64,000 nucleotides of DNA from Planctomycetota bacterium. Lineage in GTDB: Bacteria; Planctomycetota; UBA1135; UBA2386. Under the pieces are notes generated by a model. The model saw nothing but the letters and a program-made list of their open reading frames with translations. It did not search any database and was not told the origin of the DNA. A program made the position numbers and the translations under genes. The stretch lies in contig JBKAGP010000001.1 in NCBI GenBank assembly GCA_046290465.1, forward strand, positions 5,408,001-5,472,000. Direction: 5' to 3'. Positions 9,066 to 18,297 of this stretch are shown piece after piece; position 1 is the first letter of the stretch, and each line of letters begins with the position of its first letter.

Positions 9066-11579
9066 TCAGCCCGGCAGCTGCACCAGCACGTCGCCCTCGG
9101 TCGCGCCGAGTGGCAGGTCGAACGGACCGACGCGCTGCTTGTCGCCGTCGAAGGTGACCTCGACGTCGAACGGCTCGAGCGGCGCCGGGAACACGTCGAC
9201 GCGCCCTTCGGCGTCGGTGGTGAGGCCACCGGGCATGTGGTAGCCGGTGCGCAGGATCCGGATGCGGGCGCCCGCGACCGCGCGGTCGTCGCGGACGACG
9301 CGCAGGCGTGCGCGCCGCAGCGGCACGTCGAGTGCGACCTCACGCTCGCCTCCCGGGGCGAGCGTCCAGCTGTCGGGCAGCACGATGTTGAGCCAGCCGG
9401 GGCCGGGCTGGGCCGGATAGGTCATGGCGAAGCCGTAGTCGCCGGCGGGCACCAGGCCCTCGAAGCGGCCGTCGTGGTCCGTCGCGATGCGCAGCATCAG
9501 GAACGAGCCAGGCCCGGTGCGCCGCAGGAAGCAGTGCACGTCGGCCAGCGGCTTGCCGCCGGCGACGATCCGTCCACGCACCCGGCCCGGCAGCAGCTGC
9601 GACACGTCGAGCTCGACCGTTCGGGTTTCGCCGTCGGCGAGCGTGACCTGCCCGGTCTTCAGCTTGACCTCGCCCTCGCGCACCTCGCCGGTGCGCAGCC
9701 AGTAGCGCAGCGACAGCGTGTAGCTGCCCGGCGACAGACCGCCGATCACGAACCGGCCCTCGTCGTCCGCGACCGCGGGCGGCGGCGGATCGCTGCCCTC
9801 GCGCGCCGCCAGCACCGCGACCGGCAGCTTGCCGCCGCGCGCGAGTTCCTGCAGCCGCGCGAACGCCGCAGGTGGCGTGAGGCGGCCGCGCACGACCGCG
9901 GCGCTCTGCACGGTGACGTTCGCGTGGGCGCGCGGCGCGACGACGTCCAGCGCCTGGACGTGGGGGGTGTGGGCGAGGCCGGTCACGCGCACGTAGCAGC
10001 GGCCGTGCGGAGCGCGCAGCGACGCGGTGCCGTCGTCGGCCGTGGGCGCGCGCGCCAGCACGACGCACGGCGTCTGCCGTCGGTAGCGGTCGAGGTCGCG
10101 CAGGTCGATCGCGGGCGAACTCGGCTTCGGCGCCTCGCCTTGGAGCGCGAGCAGCAGCTCGACCTGGCTGCCGGCGACGGGGCGGCCGTCGGCGGTGCGC
10201 ACCTGCACGGTGGTCGGCACCGGCGGCGGCGTGCGCACCTGTAGCTGGCTCGTCTCGACGCCCGACTGCACCGCGAACGGCGTCGGGGCCGAGATCGCCA
10301 GATCGCCGCGGCGCGGCATCGCCAGGACGGCGTGTGGGCCCGCCGGCAGGCGCTCGATGCGCGCCCGTCCGTCGGGGTGGTGGCCGCGCAGCGTGCGTCC
10401 TCCAACCGGCGTTAGCTTGCGTTCGCCGCGCAGCACGAACAGCGTGTAGTCCTCGACGGGCGCGCCCGCCTCGTCGACGACCTGGACGGCCTGAGCGCCG
10501 CGTTGCTGCATGACGACCGCGACGTCCCTGGCGCCCCACGCGACCCGTTCGCCGACGGCGGGCTGGACGCGGTCGTAGCGGGCCTCGGGGTCGCTGACCG
10601 ACAGCGCGGCGCCGGCCTTGCCGTTGTCGGGGATCGGTCCAGCGCGCCGGATCGTGAACGCGCCGGACGGGCCGCTGCGGCCGCGGCCGATGAAGCCCTC
10701 GCCCTGCACGCTGAGGCGCAGGCCGGCGATCGGGTTGCCGGCGGTGTCGCGCACCGTGCCGCGGATGTCGAACTGGGGATCCGGTCGTTCGACGACGACC
10801 CGCAGGTCGTACGAGGTCTCGTCGCTCAGCTTGACCGACCGTGGCGCGACCAGCGCGCCGGTGTCCTCGGCGCCGATGTACCACTCGCCGGGGTGCGCGG
10901 CCCTCGGGAACGCGAACCGTCCCGCGGCATCGCTGGTGGCGCGCAGCATCGAGCGGGTCTCGGTCGTCTGGCCGCCGTCGAGCGCGATGTAGACGAACAT
11001 CATGCTGACGTTCTCGACACCGACGCCCTGCTGGTCGACGACGATGCCCTTCACCGGGATGGCGCGCAGCATCGCGATGTCGCCGAGGTCGATGGTCTGC
11101 CCGGGCTGCGGCTGTGGCCACCGCGCGCTGCGCGCGCAGTAGCCGTCCGCGTGCACCCGCAGCGCGACCGTGTCGACCCAGTCGTCGTAGCCGATCTCGC
11201 AGCGAAACCTGCCGTCCTCGGCCGTGAGCGCGGCTGCCGGCGCGCCGTCCCACGCGGCGTCGCGTTCGGCGCGCGTCGCCTCGCGGCGCAGCTGCACCGC
11301 GACGCCGGCGAGCGGCGCGGTGCCGGCATCGACGCAGCGCCCGAGCAGCGTGAGGCGCGACGTGTCGGCGTGCTCCGGCTGGCGCGCGGTGGCCTCCACC
11401 TCCGTGCGCCCGAGCGGAGCGTCGTCACGTTCGCCCTCGGCGCCGGCGGGCGCGGCAGGCTGCTGCGACGGCCGCGGGCCGGAGTCCGGAACGGGGGCCG
11501 GAGTCGGGTCGCCGAACGCCAGCCAGAGCCCGAGCAACAGGGCCAGCAGCGCGACGACCAACACGAGGGGGCGGTGCAT
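9066..11579 (-). CDS. Membrane-anchored protein with repeated carboxypeptidase-regulatory-like (CarboxypepD_reg) domains
   Basis: N-terminal TM helix and repeated G.V.D..G.P..G..V...T...G.F beta-sandwich motifs. Confidence 0.75.
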   Translation of the reverse strand: MHRPLVLVVALLALLLGLWLAFGDPTPAPVPDSGPRPSQQPAAPAGAEGERDDAPLGRTEVEATARQPEHADTSRLTLLGRCVDAGTAPLAGVAVQLRREATRAERDAAWDGAPAAALTAEDGRFRCEIGYDDWVDTVALRVHADGYCARSARWPQPQPGQTIDLGDIAMLRAIPVKGIVVDQQGVGVENVSMMFVYIALDGGQTTETRSMLRATSDAAGRFAFPRAAHPGEWYIGAEDTGALVAPRSVKLSDETSYDLRVVVERPDPQFDIRGTVRDTAGNPIAGLRLSVQGEGFIGRGRSGPSGAFTIRRAGPIPDNGKAGAALSVSDPEARYDRVQPAVGERVAWGARDVAVVMQQRGAQAVQVVDEAGAPVEDYTLFVLRGERKLTPVGGRTLRGHHPDGRARIERLPAGPHAVLAMPRRGDLAISAPTPFAVQSGVETSQLQVRTPPPVPTTVQVRTADGRPVAGSQVELLLALQGEAPKPSSPAIDLRDLDRYRRQTPCVVLARAPTADDGTASLRAPHGRCYVRVTGLAHTPHVQALDVVAPRAHANVTVQSAAVVRGRLTPPAAFARLQELARGGKLPVAVLAAREGSDPPPPAVADDEGRFVIGGLSPGSYTLSLRYWLRTGEVREGEVKLKTGQVTLADGETRTVELDVSQLLPGRVRGRIVAGGKPLADVHCFLRRTGPGSFLMLRIATDHDGRFEGLVPAGDYGFAMTYPAQPGPGWLNIVLPDSWTLAPGGEREVALDVPLRRARLRVVRDDRAVAGARIRILRTGYHMPGGLTTDAEGRVDVFPAPLEPFDVEVTFDGDKQRVGPFDLPLGATEGDVLVQLPG

Positions 11580-11616
11580 GGCGGGATGATACGCAGCCGC
11601 GTCGTCGACGGAGAGT

Positions 11617-13068
11617 TCACCAGGCGCTGCTCCGGATCGGCACGTCGACGTGCGCGGCCCAGCTGCGGATCACCCGTTCGGCGTCATCGGGTGCGCGCGC
11701 GTTGCGGCGGCCGCGCGCCTGGAAGATCCGGCCGCGCCACCACTCGACGGTCGCGACGTGCTCGACCTTGCCACCGCGCAGCGCGCGGATCGAGAAGATC
11801 CGCGACTGCCCTTCGGCGCAGTCGCCGGTGTAGGTGTAGACGCAGTGCCCCATGGTCTGGCCCTCGTGCCGCAGTTCGGGGGCGCTGCACAGTTCGACCA
11901 CGACCCAGGTCTCGCGGCCGGTCGCGCCCTGCCGCTCTTCGCGGTAGCCCCCGAGCTCGCTGCGTTCCCAGCTGCGCCCGCTCTGGCTGCCGTCGACCAC
12001 GAAGCCGAAGCGGCGATGCCAGGCGTCGCTCTGGCGGCGCAGCGCGTCCGGGTCGCGGCCCGCCATCGTCAGGTTGGGTTGCGGCGGCGGCAGCCGCCGC
12101 CGCTGGCCGTTGGCGTCGACGCACGCAGCGCCGACGAAGCGCTGGTCGTACAGGTAGTCGACGATCGCGATGACCTCGTAGCGGCGCTCGAAGCGGTGCT
12201 GCACCAGGAACGCGACGACCGTTCGCCAGAAGTCGTCGTGCTCGAACGCGCGACCGAGCCGAGAGGCGCACAGCGCGCGGGCCAGCTCCTCGCTGCCGCC
12301 GAGGCCGCGGACCTGGCCGTAGCGCAACGCTGCGTCCGGGTCGAGGTCGTCGGGTGCCTGCTGGAACCAGTGCGCCATCCTGCGGGTGTAGGCGAGCGGC
12401 AGGTCGAGCGAGCGCACGCTGCGGCCGCGCGCGAGCCCGACGAACCAGCGCCGGTGACGGGCCGCGTGGTCGTCGCCCTCGTGCCAGCACGCCTGCAGCA
12501 GCCGCGGCGGTTCGAACTCGACGAAGCAGTGGCGGAGCAGGCTCTCGAGCATGCGCGTGCGGTTGTGGGTGGTCGGCCGCCAGGTCTCCGGATCCCGGCA
12601 GCGATCGCGCCAGTGGTCGAGCATGCGGACCAGCACGGCGAACGTGTCGTCGTCCGGTTCGAGCAGCTTCGGCGCGACCCGCAGCAGTCGGCGCAACAGC
12701 GCGCGCAGCAGGGTGCGGCGGCCGTCGTCCGTCGGTGTCTGCAGCGCCGCGTGCAACGGCGCGAAGCCGTTGTCCCCAGCCTCGCACTCTCCGCGCAGCA
12801 GGCGGCGCGTCGCGGCCTTCGGGTTGCGCGTGCGGCGGCCCTCGCGGGCACGTCGTTCGACGGCCACGCGGCGGGCGTGGCGCGCCTCGCGTCGCCGTTC
12901 GAACGTCGTCTTGCGGACGTGGTGGGGGAAGTGGTGGCGCCGACACCACTCGAGGTAGGTGGCGACGGAGGCGAAGCCGAGCAGCCTGACGTGTCGCTGC
13001 ATGTCGGCGGAGAGCTGGTCGAACGAAGGTCCGACGCGCGCCTTCTTGCGGCGCGACTTGCTGGCCAT
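11617..13068 (-). CDS. PcfJ domain-containing protein
   Basis: C-terminal EL...EL..EG..MGHCV..Y...C..G.S.IFS.R...ATVE...QARGR.N signature. Confidence 0.85.
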   Translation of the reverse strand: MASKSRRKKARVGPSFDQLSADMQRHVRLLGFASVATYLEWCRRHHFPHHVRKTTFERRREARHARRVAVERRAREGRRTRNPKAATRRLLRGECEAGDNGFAPLHAALQTPTDDGRRTLLRALLRRLLRVAPKLLEPDDDTFAVLVRMLDHWRDRCRDPETWRPTTHNRTRMLESLLRHCFVEFEPPRLLQACWHEGDDHAARHRRWFVGLARGRSVRSLDLPLAYTRRMAHWFQQAPDDLDPDAALRYGQVRGLGGSEELARALCASRLGRAFEHDDFWRTVVAFLVQHRFERRYEVIAIVDYLYDQRFVGAACVDANGQRRRLPPPQPNLTMAGRDPDALRRQSDAWHRRFGFVVDGSQSGRSWERSELGGYREERQGATGRETWVVVELCSAPELRHEGQTMGHCVYTYTGDCAEGQSRIFSIRALRGGKVEHVATVEWWRGRIFQARGRRNARAPDDAERVIRSWAAHVDVPIRSSAW

Positions 13069-13341
13069 GGTGATCTCTCGTGACTCGATCCTGGGCCCGT
13101 GACGGGCCGGGTCGCGCAGCTACCGACGAAGCGGTGGCTGCGCACCTCGCCCCCTGGCCGCCGGGTGGCGGCGTCGACGGGAGCGTCCTCTGGTGCCGAT
13201 GACGGCGTGCCGGCGGCCCGGCGCTATGGCGCGGCGGGCGCGACGGCGGTCTGCCGCCTTCAGGCGCGGACCGAGGAGGGATGGAGGAGGAACAGCATGA
13301 CTCTGCGTTGCGGCCGGCGTTCGCCGACCGATCGGCGCGGG

Positions 13342-13370
13342 ATGATGCCAGCGCCGGTCCCGCTGTGCAA
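13342..13370 (-). promoter_or_regulatory. Putative sigma-70 promoter for the PcfJ gene leader
   Basis: The minus strand reads TTGCAC-N17-CATCAT in the intergenic region. Confidence 0.45.
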
Positions 13371-13417
13371 TCCCCTCGCAGGAGATCGGCCAGCGGCAAC
13401 GACCCGCTCGGCGAGGA

Positions 13418-15724
13418 TCAGCGCGGCGACGGCTGCAGCAGTTCGCGGATCGCGGTCGCGAGTTCGGTCGCGAGCAGCGGCTTGCCGAGGACACGCGTCA
13501 CCCCCGACTCCAGCGCGCGCTCTTGCGCCTCGGTCTCCATGAAGCCCGAGCACAGCACGATCGGCAGATCGGCGCGCAGCGCGCGGACCCGGGTCGCGGT
13601 CTCGATGCCGTCGAGGCCGGGCATGTCGAGGTCGGTGACGACCACGTCGAACTGCGTCGGGTCGTCCTGCAGCGTCTCGAGGGCGCGGCGCGGATCCTCG
13701 ACGGCGGTGATGCGCAGGCCGAAGCGCTGCAGCCCGCGGCTGAGCACGCTCAGCAGCTTCGGTTCGTCGTCGACCAGCAGCACCCGCGCGTTCTCGACCG
13801 GATCGCGGTCCGTGGCCGGCTCGTCGGCGGCGGCGGCCTCGGCGGCCGGCGGCAGGTAGACGCGGAACGTCGTGCCCTGGCCCGGGGCGCTGCGCACGTC
13901 GATCGCGCCGCCGTGGTTCTTGACGATGCCGTGCACGACCGAGAGCCCGAGGCCGGTGCCCTGTCCCGACGGCTTGGTCGTGAAGAACGGCTCGAAGATG
14001 TGTTGCAGGGTGTGCGCATCCATGCCGGCGCCGTCGTCGCGGACCTCGACGATCGCGTAGTCCGCGTCGACGCGTTCGAGGTCCTCGCCGCCGACCTCGG
14101 GTGGCAGCGGGCCGGCGAAGGTCTGGAAGGTCACGTGCCCCTCGCCGTCGCCGATCGCGTGCCACGCGTTGGTGCCGAGGTTGACGAGCACCTGGTGCAG
14201 CTGCTCCGGATCGGCGGCGACGGCCGGGATCGCCTCGTGGATCTGGCTGTCGACGGCGACCCGCTGCGGGGTCGTCGAGCGCACCAGCCGCACCGCCTCC
14301 CGCGTGGTCTGGGCGAGGCAGACGCGCCGTCGCACCGGCGTCTCGTTGCGGCTGAACGCGAGGATCTGGCGGACCAGCGAGCGCGCCCGTTCGCCGGCCT
14401 TCTTGATCTCCTGCAGCGACTCGACCAGCTCGGGCGCCTCGGTCTCGAGCAGCGCGAGTTCGCAGTTGCCCGAGATGATGCTCAGGATGTTGTTGAAGTC
14501 GTGCGCGATGCCGCCGGCCAGCGTGCCCATCGCCTCCAGCCGCTGCAGCGTGCTCATGCGCTGCGCCAGCTCGACGCGCTGGTCCTCGTCCTGCTTCTGG
14601 GCGGTCACGTCGACGTGGCAGCCGAAGAACCGCAGCGGCTTGCCGTCGCCGTCGCGCACCGCCTCGCCGCGCACGTAGATCCAGCGGTAGCTGCCGTCCT
14701 TGTGCCGGAAGCGAAACCGCGTCTCGTAGACGCTGCTCTGGCCCTCGACGTGCTGCTGCACCGCCGCCATCGCGGGCTCGAGGTCGTCCGGATGCACGCG
14801 GCTGCGCCACTCCTCGAAGTCGTCGGCGATCTCGTGCGGCTGGTAGCCGATCTGCGCCTTCCACTCGGGGCTGAAGTGCACGCTGTTGGTGGTCAGGTCC
14901 CACTCCCAGAAGCCGATCTGGCTGGCGCGTGCGGCGACGTCGAGGCGCAGCTGGTTCTCGGCCAGCTCCAGCTGGTAGCGGCGCCGTTCGCTGATGTCGC
15001 GGTTGAACGTGACGACGCAGGTGCGCCCCGCGATCGTCGCCCGGCGGGCCGAGATCTCGGTCGGGAACTCGCGTCCGTCGCGGTGCCGGTGCAGCGCCTC
15101 GAAGTGGATCTCGCCGTCGCGCATCAGCTGCGCGATGCGCTGCTGCACCAGCTCGGCGTCGCGCGGGGCGTCGAGGTCGCCGATGTGCATCTGCAGCAGT
15201 TCGTCGCGGGTGTAGCCGTGCATGGTCGCCGCGAGCGTGTTGGCGTCGAGGATCTTGCCGGTCTCACCGGGCTCGGTCGACAGCAGGAACACCGCGTCCG
15301 GGGCCGCTTCGAAGAACTGCCGGTAGCGCTCTTCGCTCGCCTGCAGCGCCGTCTCCGCGATCCGCGCCTGGGTGACGTCCTCGTGCGAGATCAACGCGCA
15401 GCGGGTGGCGTCGAGCACGAGGATCTGGCCACGGACCTGCAGGCGCCGGGTCTCGCCGCCGGTCGACGTCGTGACCTCCTGGTCGAAGTGGTCGACGGAG
15501 CCGTCGAGCAGCCGCCGCAGCGAGCCCAGCAAAGCGGGGTCGGCGAGGCCTTGGCAGGCTCTCGCGTAGCTGTCGCCCTTGTCGTGAGCGCCCGGGATCG
15601 GCGCGTCGCAGCGGCGCCATGCGTCGTTGACCCAGGCGATCACACCCTGGTCGTCGAGCAGGCACGCCTGGCCACTGCAACGTCCGGACTCCTGGTTCGT
15701 CCGATCGTGATTCGAGGTGCTCAT
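13418..15724 (-). CDS. Multi-PAS hybrid sensor histidine kinase/response regulator
   Basis: PAS/PAS_3 motifs (VHPDD, RFRHKDGSYRW), H-box GGIAHDFNNIL, NLGTNA, D.GAGM, FFTTK, GTGLGLS, and a C-terminal receiver (VLLVDDE, TDLDMP, K-P). Confidence 0.95.
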   Translation of the reverse strand: MSTSNHDRTNQESGRCSGQACLLDDQGVIAWVNDAWRRCDAPIPGAHDKGDSYARACQGLADPALLGSLRRLLDGSVDHFDQEVTTSTGGETRRLQVRGQILVLDATRCALISHEDVTQARIAETALQASEERYRQFFEAAPDAVFLLSTEPGETGKILDANTLAATMHGYTRDELLQMHIGDLDAPRDAELVQQRIAQLMRDGEIHFEALHRHRDGREFPTEISARRATIAGRTCVVTFNRDISERRRYQLELAENQLRLDVAARASQIGFWEWDLTTNSVHFSPEWKAQIGYQPHEIADDFEEWRSRVHPDDLEPAMAAVQQHVEGQSSVYETRFRFRHKDGSYRWIYVRGEAVRDGDGKPLRFFGCHVDVTAQKQDEDQRVELAQRMSTLQRLEAMGTLAGGIAHDFNNILSIISGNCELALLETEAPELVESLQEIKKAGERARSLVRQILAFSRNETPVRRRVCLAQTTREAVRLVRSTTPQRVAVDSQIHEAIPAVAADPEQLHQVLVNLGTNAWHAIGDGEGHVTFQTFAGPLPPEVGGEDLERVDADYAIVEVRDDGAGMDAHTLQHIFEPFFTTKPSGQGTGLGLSVVHGIVKNHGGAIDVRSAPGQGTTFRVYLPPAAEAAAADEPATDRDPVENARVLLVDDEPKLLSVLSRGLQRFGLRITAVEDPRRALETLQDDPTQFDVVVTDLDMPGLDGIETATRVRALRADLPIVLCSGFMETEAQERALESGVTRVLGKPLLATELATAIRELLQPSPR

Positions 15725-15800
15725 GGGAGCCGGGCCCAATGTAGCGCGGCCGGGGCGCTGGCCATCACGGCTTTCTTCCGGCTGCTACATTGGTCGAACC

Positions 15801-18272
15801 ATGCTTCGCTCGTCGCAACGTCTCGTCCTCGCCGCCGCGCTGCTCGTGGCCGCCGTTCCGTGCCAGACCCCGGACGTCGCGGGGCTGCAGCGATCGCTGC
15901 TCGAGGTCCGCGTCTCGGGTCCGGCCCAGCTGCTGCAGCTGCTGGCGCTCGACCTCGACCTCGCCGGCTGCCGCACGCCGCTGCTCGGCCAGCGGCGCAT
16001 CGAGGTGATCGGCCGGCCGGGCGATCTCGCGACGCTGCAGCAGGCCGGCATCCCGTGCCGCGTGGTGGTGCCGGACCTGATGGCGCAGCACGCGGCAGCG
16101 CTCGCCCAGCACGCGCTGCCGGTCGAGGACACGCTGACGCCGCCGATCGGCCAGGGCGCGATGGGCGGCCACTACACGCTCGCCGAGATGGAGGCGATCC
16201 TCGACGACTTCCACAGCAACCATCCGAACCTGTGTTCGCAGAAGGTCAGCATCGGGCAGTCGATCGAGGGCCGCGACATCTGGATGGTCAAGATCAGCGA
16301 CAACGTCGGCGTCGACGAGAACGAGCCGGAGGTGCTCTACGACGCGCTGCACCACGCGCGCGAGCCGCTGTCGATGTCGACGACGCTGCTGTTCATGGAC
16401 GAGCTGCTCGACGGCTACGGTGTCGATCCGGAGGCGACGTTCCTGATCGACGAGCGCGAGCTCTACTTCGTGCCGTGCGTCAATCCGGACGGCTACGAAT
16501 ACAACCGCGCGATCGCGCCCAACGGCGGCGGCATGTGGCGGAAGAACCGCCGCGACAACGGCAACGGCAGCTTCGGGGTCGACCTCAACCGCAACTACGC
16601 GACCTGGTGGAACGCGCCGAACGGCGGCAGTTCGAGCAGCCCGTCGAGCGACCTGTATCGCGGCACGGCGCCGTTCTCGGAGCCGGAGACGGCGGCGGTC
16701 GAGGCGTTCTCGGCGACGCGCCAGTTCGTGCAGGTGTTCAGTTCGCACAGCTACACCGACGTGCTGCTGCGGCCGTGGGCCTACCAGCTCGGCGACCCGC
16801 AGAACGTCGCGGCCTACGACGTGCTCGGCGCGTTCATGGTGCAGGAGAACGGCATCCAGCACGGTCGCTGGGGCTCGCTGCTCTACATCTCGTCGGGCAC
16901 GTCGATCGACCATCACCACGCGGTGCGCGGTTCGTATGCCTGGACCGCGGAGCTCGGCCGCGCCAACGAGGGCGGCTTCTGGCCGGTGGGCGCGACCATC
17001 GAGGCGATCGCGCGCCGCCACCAGCGCATGTTCCGGAAGGCGGCGCTGACCGCCGGCGCGGCGTTCCGCATCGACGGCGTCGCGATCACCGAGGCGACCG
17101 GCGGCAACGGCAACGGCGTCGTCGAGCCGGGTGAGACCGGCGAGGTGGTGGTTCTGGTCGACAACGTCGGCGCGGCCGCAGCCGCGCTGACGGTCGAGCT
17201 GCTGACGCCCGATCCCCAGATCGTGCTCGGCACCAACCTGGTCGCGCTCGGCGGGCTGCCGGAGTTCGCCAGCGCCGGCAACCAGGCGATGCCGCTGACG
17301 TTCGACGTGCCGGCCGGCTACGTCGGCGCGGTCGCCCCGCTGGTGCTGCGCGTCCGTGGCGACGGCCGCACGCAGGAACAGGTGGTCGACGTCGCGCTGC
17401 TGCCGACGCGACGCTGCGTCGACGACGACTTCGAAGTCGACCGCGGCTTCGTGCGCGCCAGCGGCGGCACCGCGACCACGGGCATGTGGGAGCGGGCCGT
17501 GCCGCAGCAGACGATCTGGAACGGGCAGGTGATGCAGCCGGGCACGCAGACGACGGCCGGCGGTTCGCAGTGCTGGGTGACGCAGGCCAACCCCGGCACG
17601 TCGGTCGGCAGCTTCGACGTCGACGCCGGCTACACCGACCTGCACACGCCGCCGGTCGACCTGTCGCACCTGGCCGCGGCGAGCGTGGCGTTCGACCTAC
17701 ACTACGCCGAAAGCACCTCGGACGACGCGCTGCAGGTCGACGCCAGCCTCGACGGCGGTGCCACCTGGCAATCGCTCTACGCGAGCAACAGTTCGACCGG
17801 TGGCTGGCAGCGCCTCGAACTGCCGCTGCCGACGCCGCTGACCGACGAAGTGGTCGTGCGGGTGCGCGCGCAGGACCTGGCGCCGTCGCTGGTCGAGGCC
17901 GCGGTCGACGGCTTCGAGATCGTCGCGCCGGCGCCGGACGGCGCGGTCACGCTGCTCGGCAGCGGCGTGCTCGGGACCAGCCTGCGCGTCGGCATGACCG
18001 GTCCGGCCGGTGGGTTGGTGCTGCCGGTCGGCGCGCTCGGCCTCGGCCCGGGGCTGACCGCACCGGGCGTGGCGGGCACGCTGCTGCTCGATCCGGGCAC
18101 GGTCGCGCTGTTCCCGCTGCAGCCGATGACGGCCAGCAGCTTTGCCGCGATCGAGCTGCCGCTGCCGGTGCAGGGTGGCCTGATCGGCGTGCCGATCGCG
18201 TTCCAGGCGGTGGTGGTCGACGGCGGCAGCATCGCCTTCGGCCGCAACGCGCCGGTGGTGACGCTGCAGTAG
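15801..18272 (+). CDS. Secreted M14 zinc carboxypeptidase (carboxypeptidase T-like) with accessory C-terminal domains
   Basis: HHARE, NPDGY, WRKNRR, GVDLNRNY, YRG..PFSEPET and SHSY motifs; signal peptide. Confidence 0.93.
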   Translation: MLRSSQRLVLAAALLVAAVPCQTPDVAGLQRSLLEVRVSGPAQLLQLLALDLDLAGCRTPLLGQRRIEVIGRPGDLATLQQAGIPCRVVVPDLMAQHAAALAQHALPVEDTLTPPIGQGAMGGHYTLAEMEAILDDFHSNHPNLCSQKVSIGQSIEGRDIWMVKISDNVGVDENEPEVLYDALHHAREPLSMSTTLLFMDELLDGYGVDPEATFLIDERELYFVPCVNPDGYEYNRAIAPNGGGMWRKNRRDNGNGSFGVDLNRNYATWWNAPNGGSSSSPSSDLYRGTAPFSEPETAAVEAFSATRQFVQVFSSHSYTDVLLRPWAYQLGDPQNVAAYDVLGAFMVQENGIQHGRWGSLLYISSGTSIDHHHAVRGSYAWTAELGRANEGGFWPVGATIEAIARRHQRMFRKAALTAGAAFRIDGVAITEATGGNGNGVVEPGETGEVVVLVDNVGAAAAALTVELLTPDPQIVLGTNLVALGGLPEFASAGNQAMPLTFDVPAGYVGAVAPLVLRVRGDGRTQEQVVDVALLPTRRCVDDDFEVDRGFVRASGGTATTGMWERAVPQQTIWNGQVMQPGTQTTAGGSQCWVTQANPGTSVGSFDVDAGYTDLHTPPVDLSHLAAASVAFDLHYAESTSDDALQVDASLDGGATWQSLYASNSSTGGWQRLELPLPTPLTDEVVVRVRAQDLAPSLVEAAVDGFEIVAPAPDGAVTLLGSGVLGTSLRVGMTGPAGGLVLPVGALGLGPGLTAPGVAGTLLLDPGTVALFPLQPMTASSFAAIELPLPVQGGLIGVPIAFQAVVVDGGSIAFGRNAPVVTLQ

Positions 18273-18297
18273 CCGCGCGGCTCACTTGCCGCGCAGC

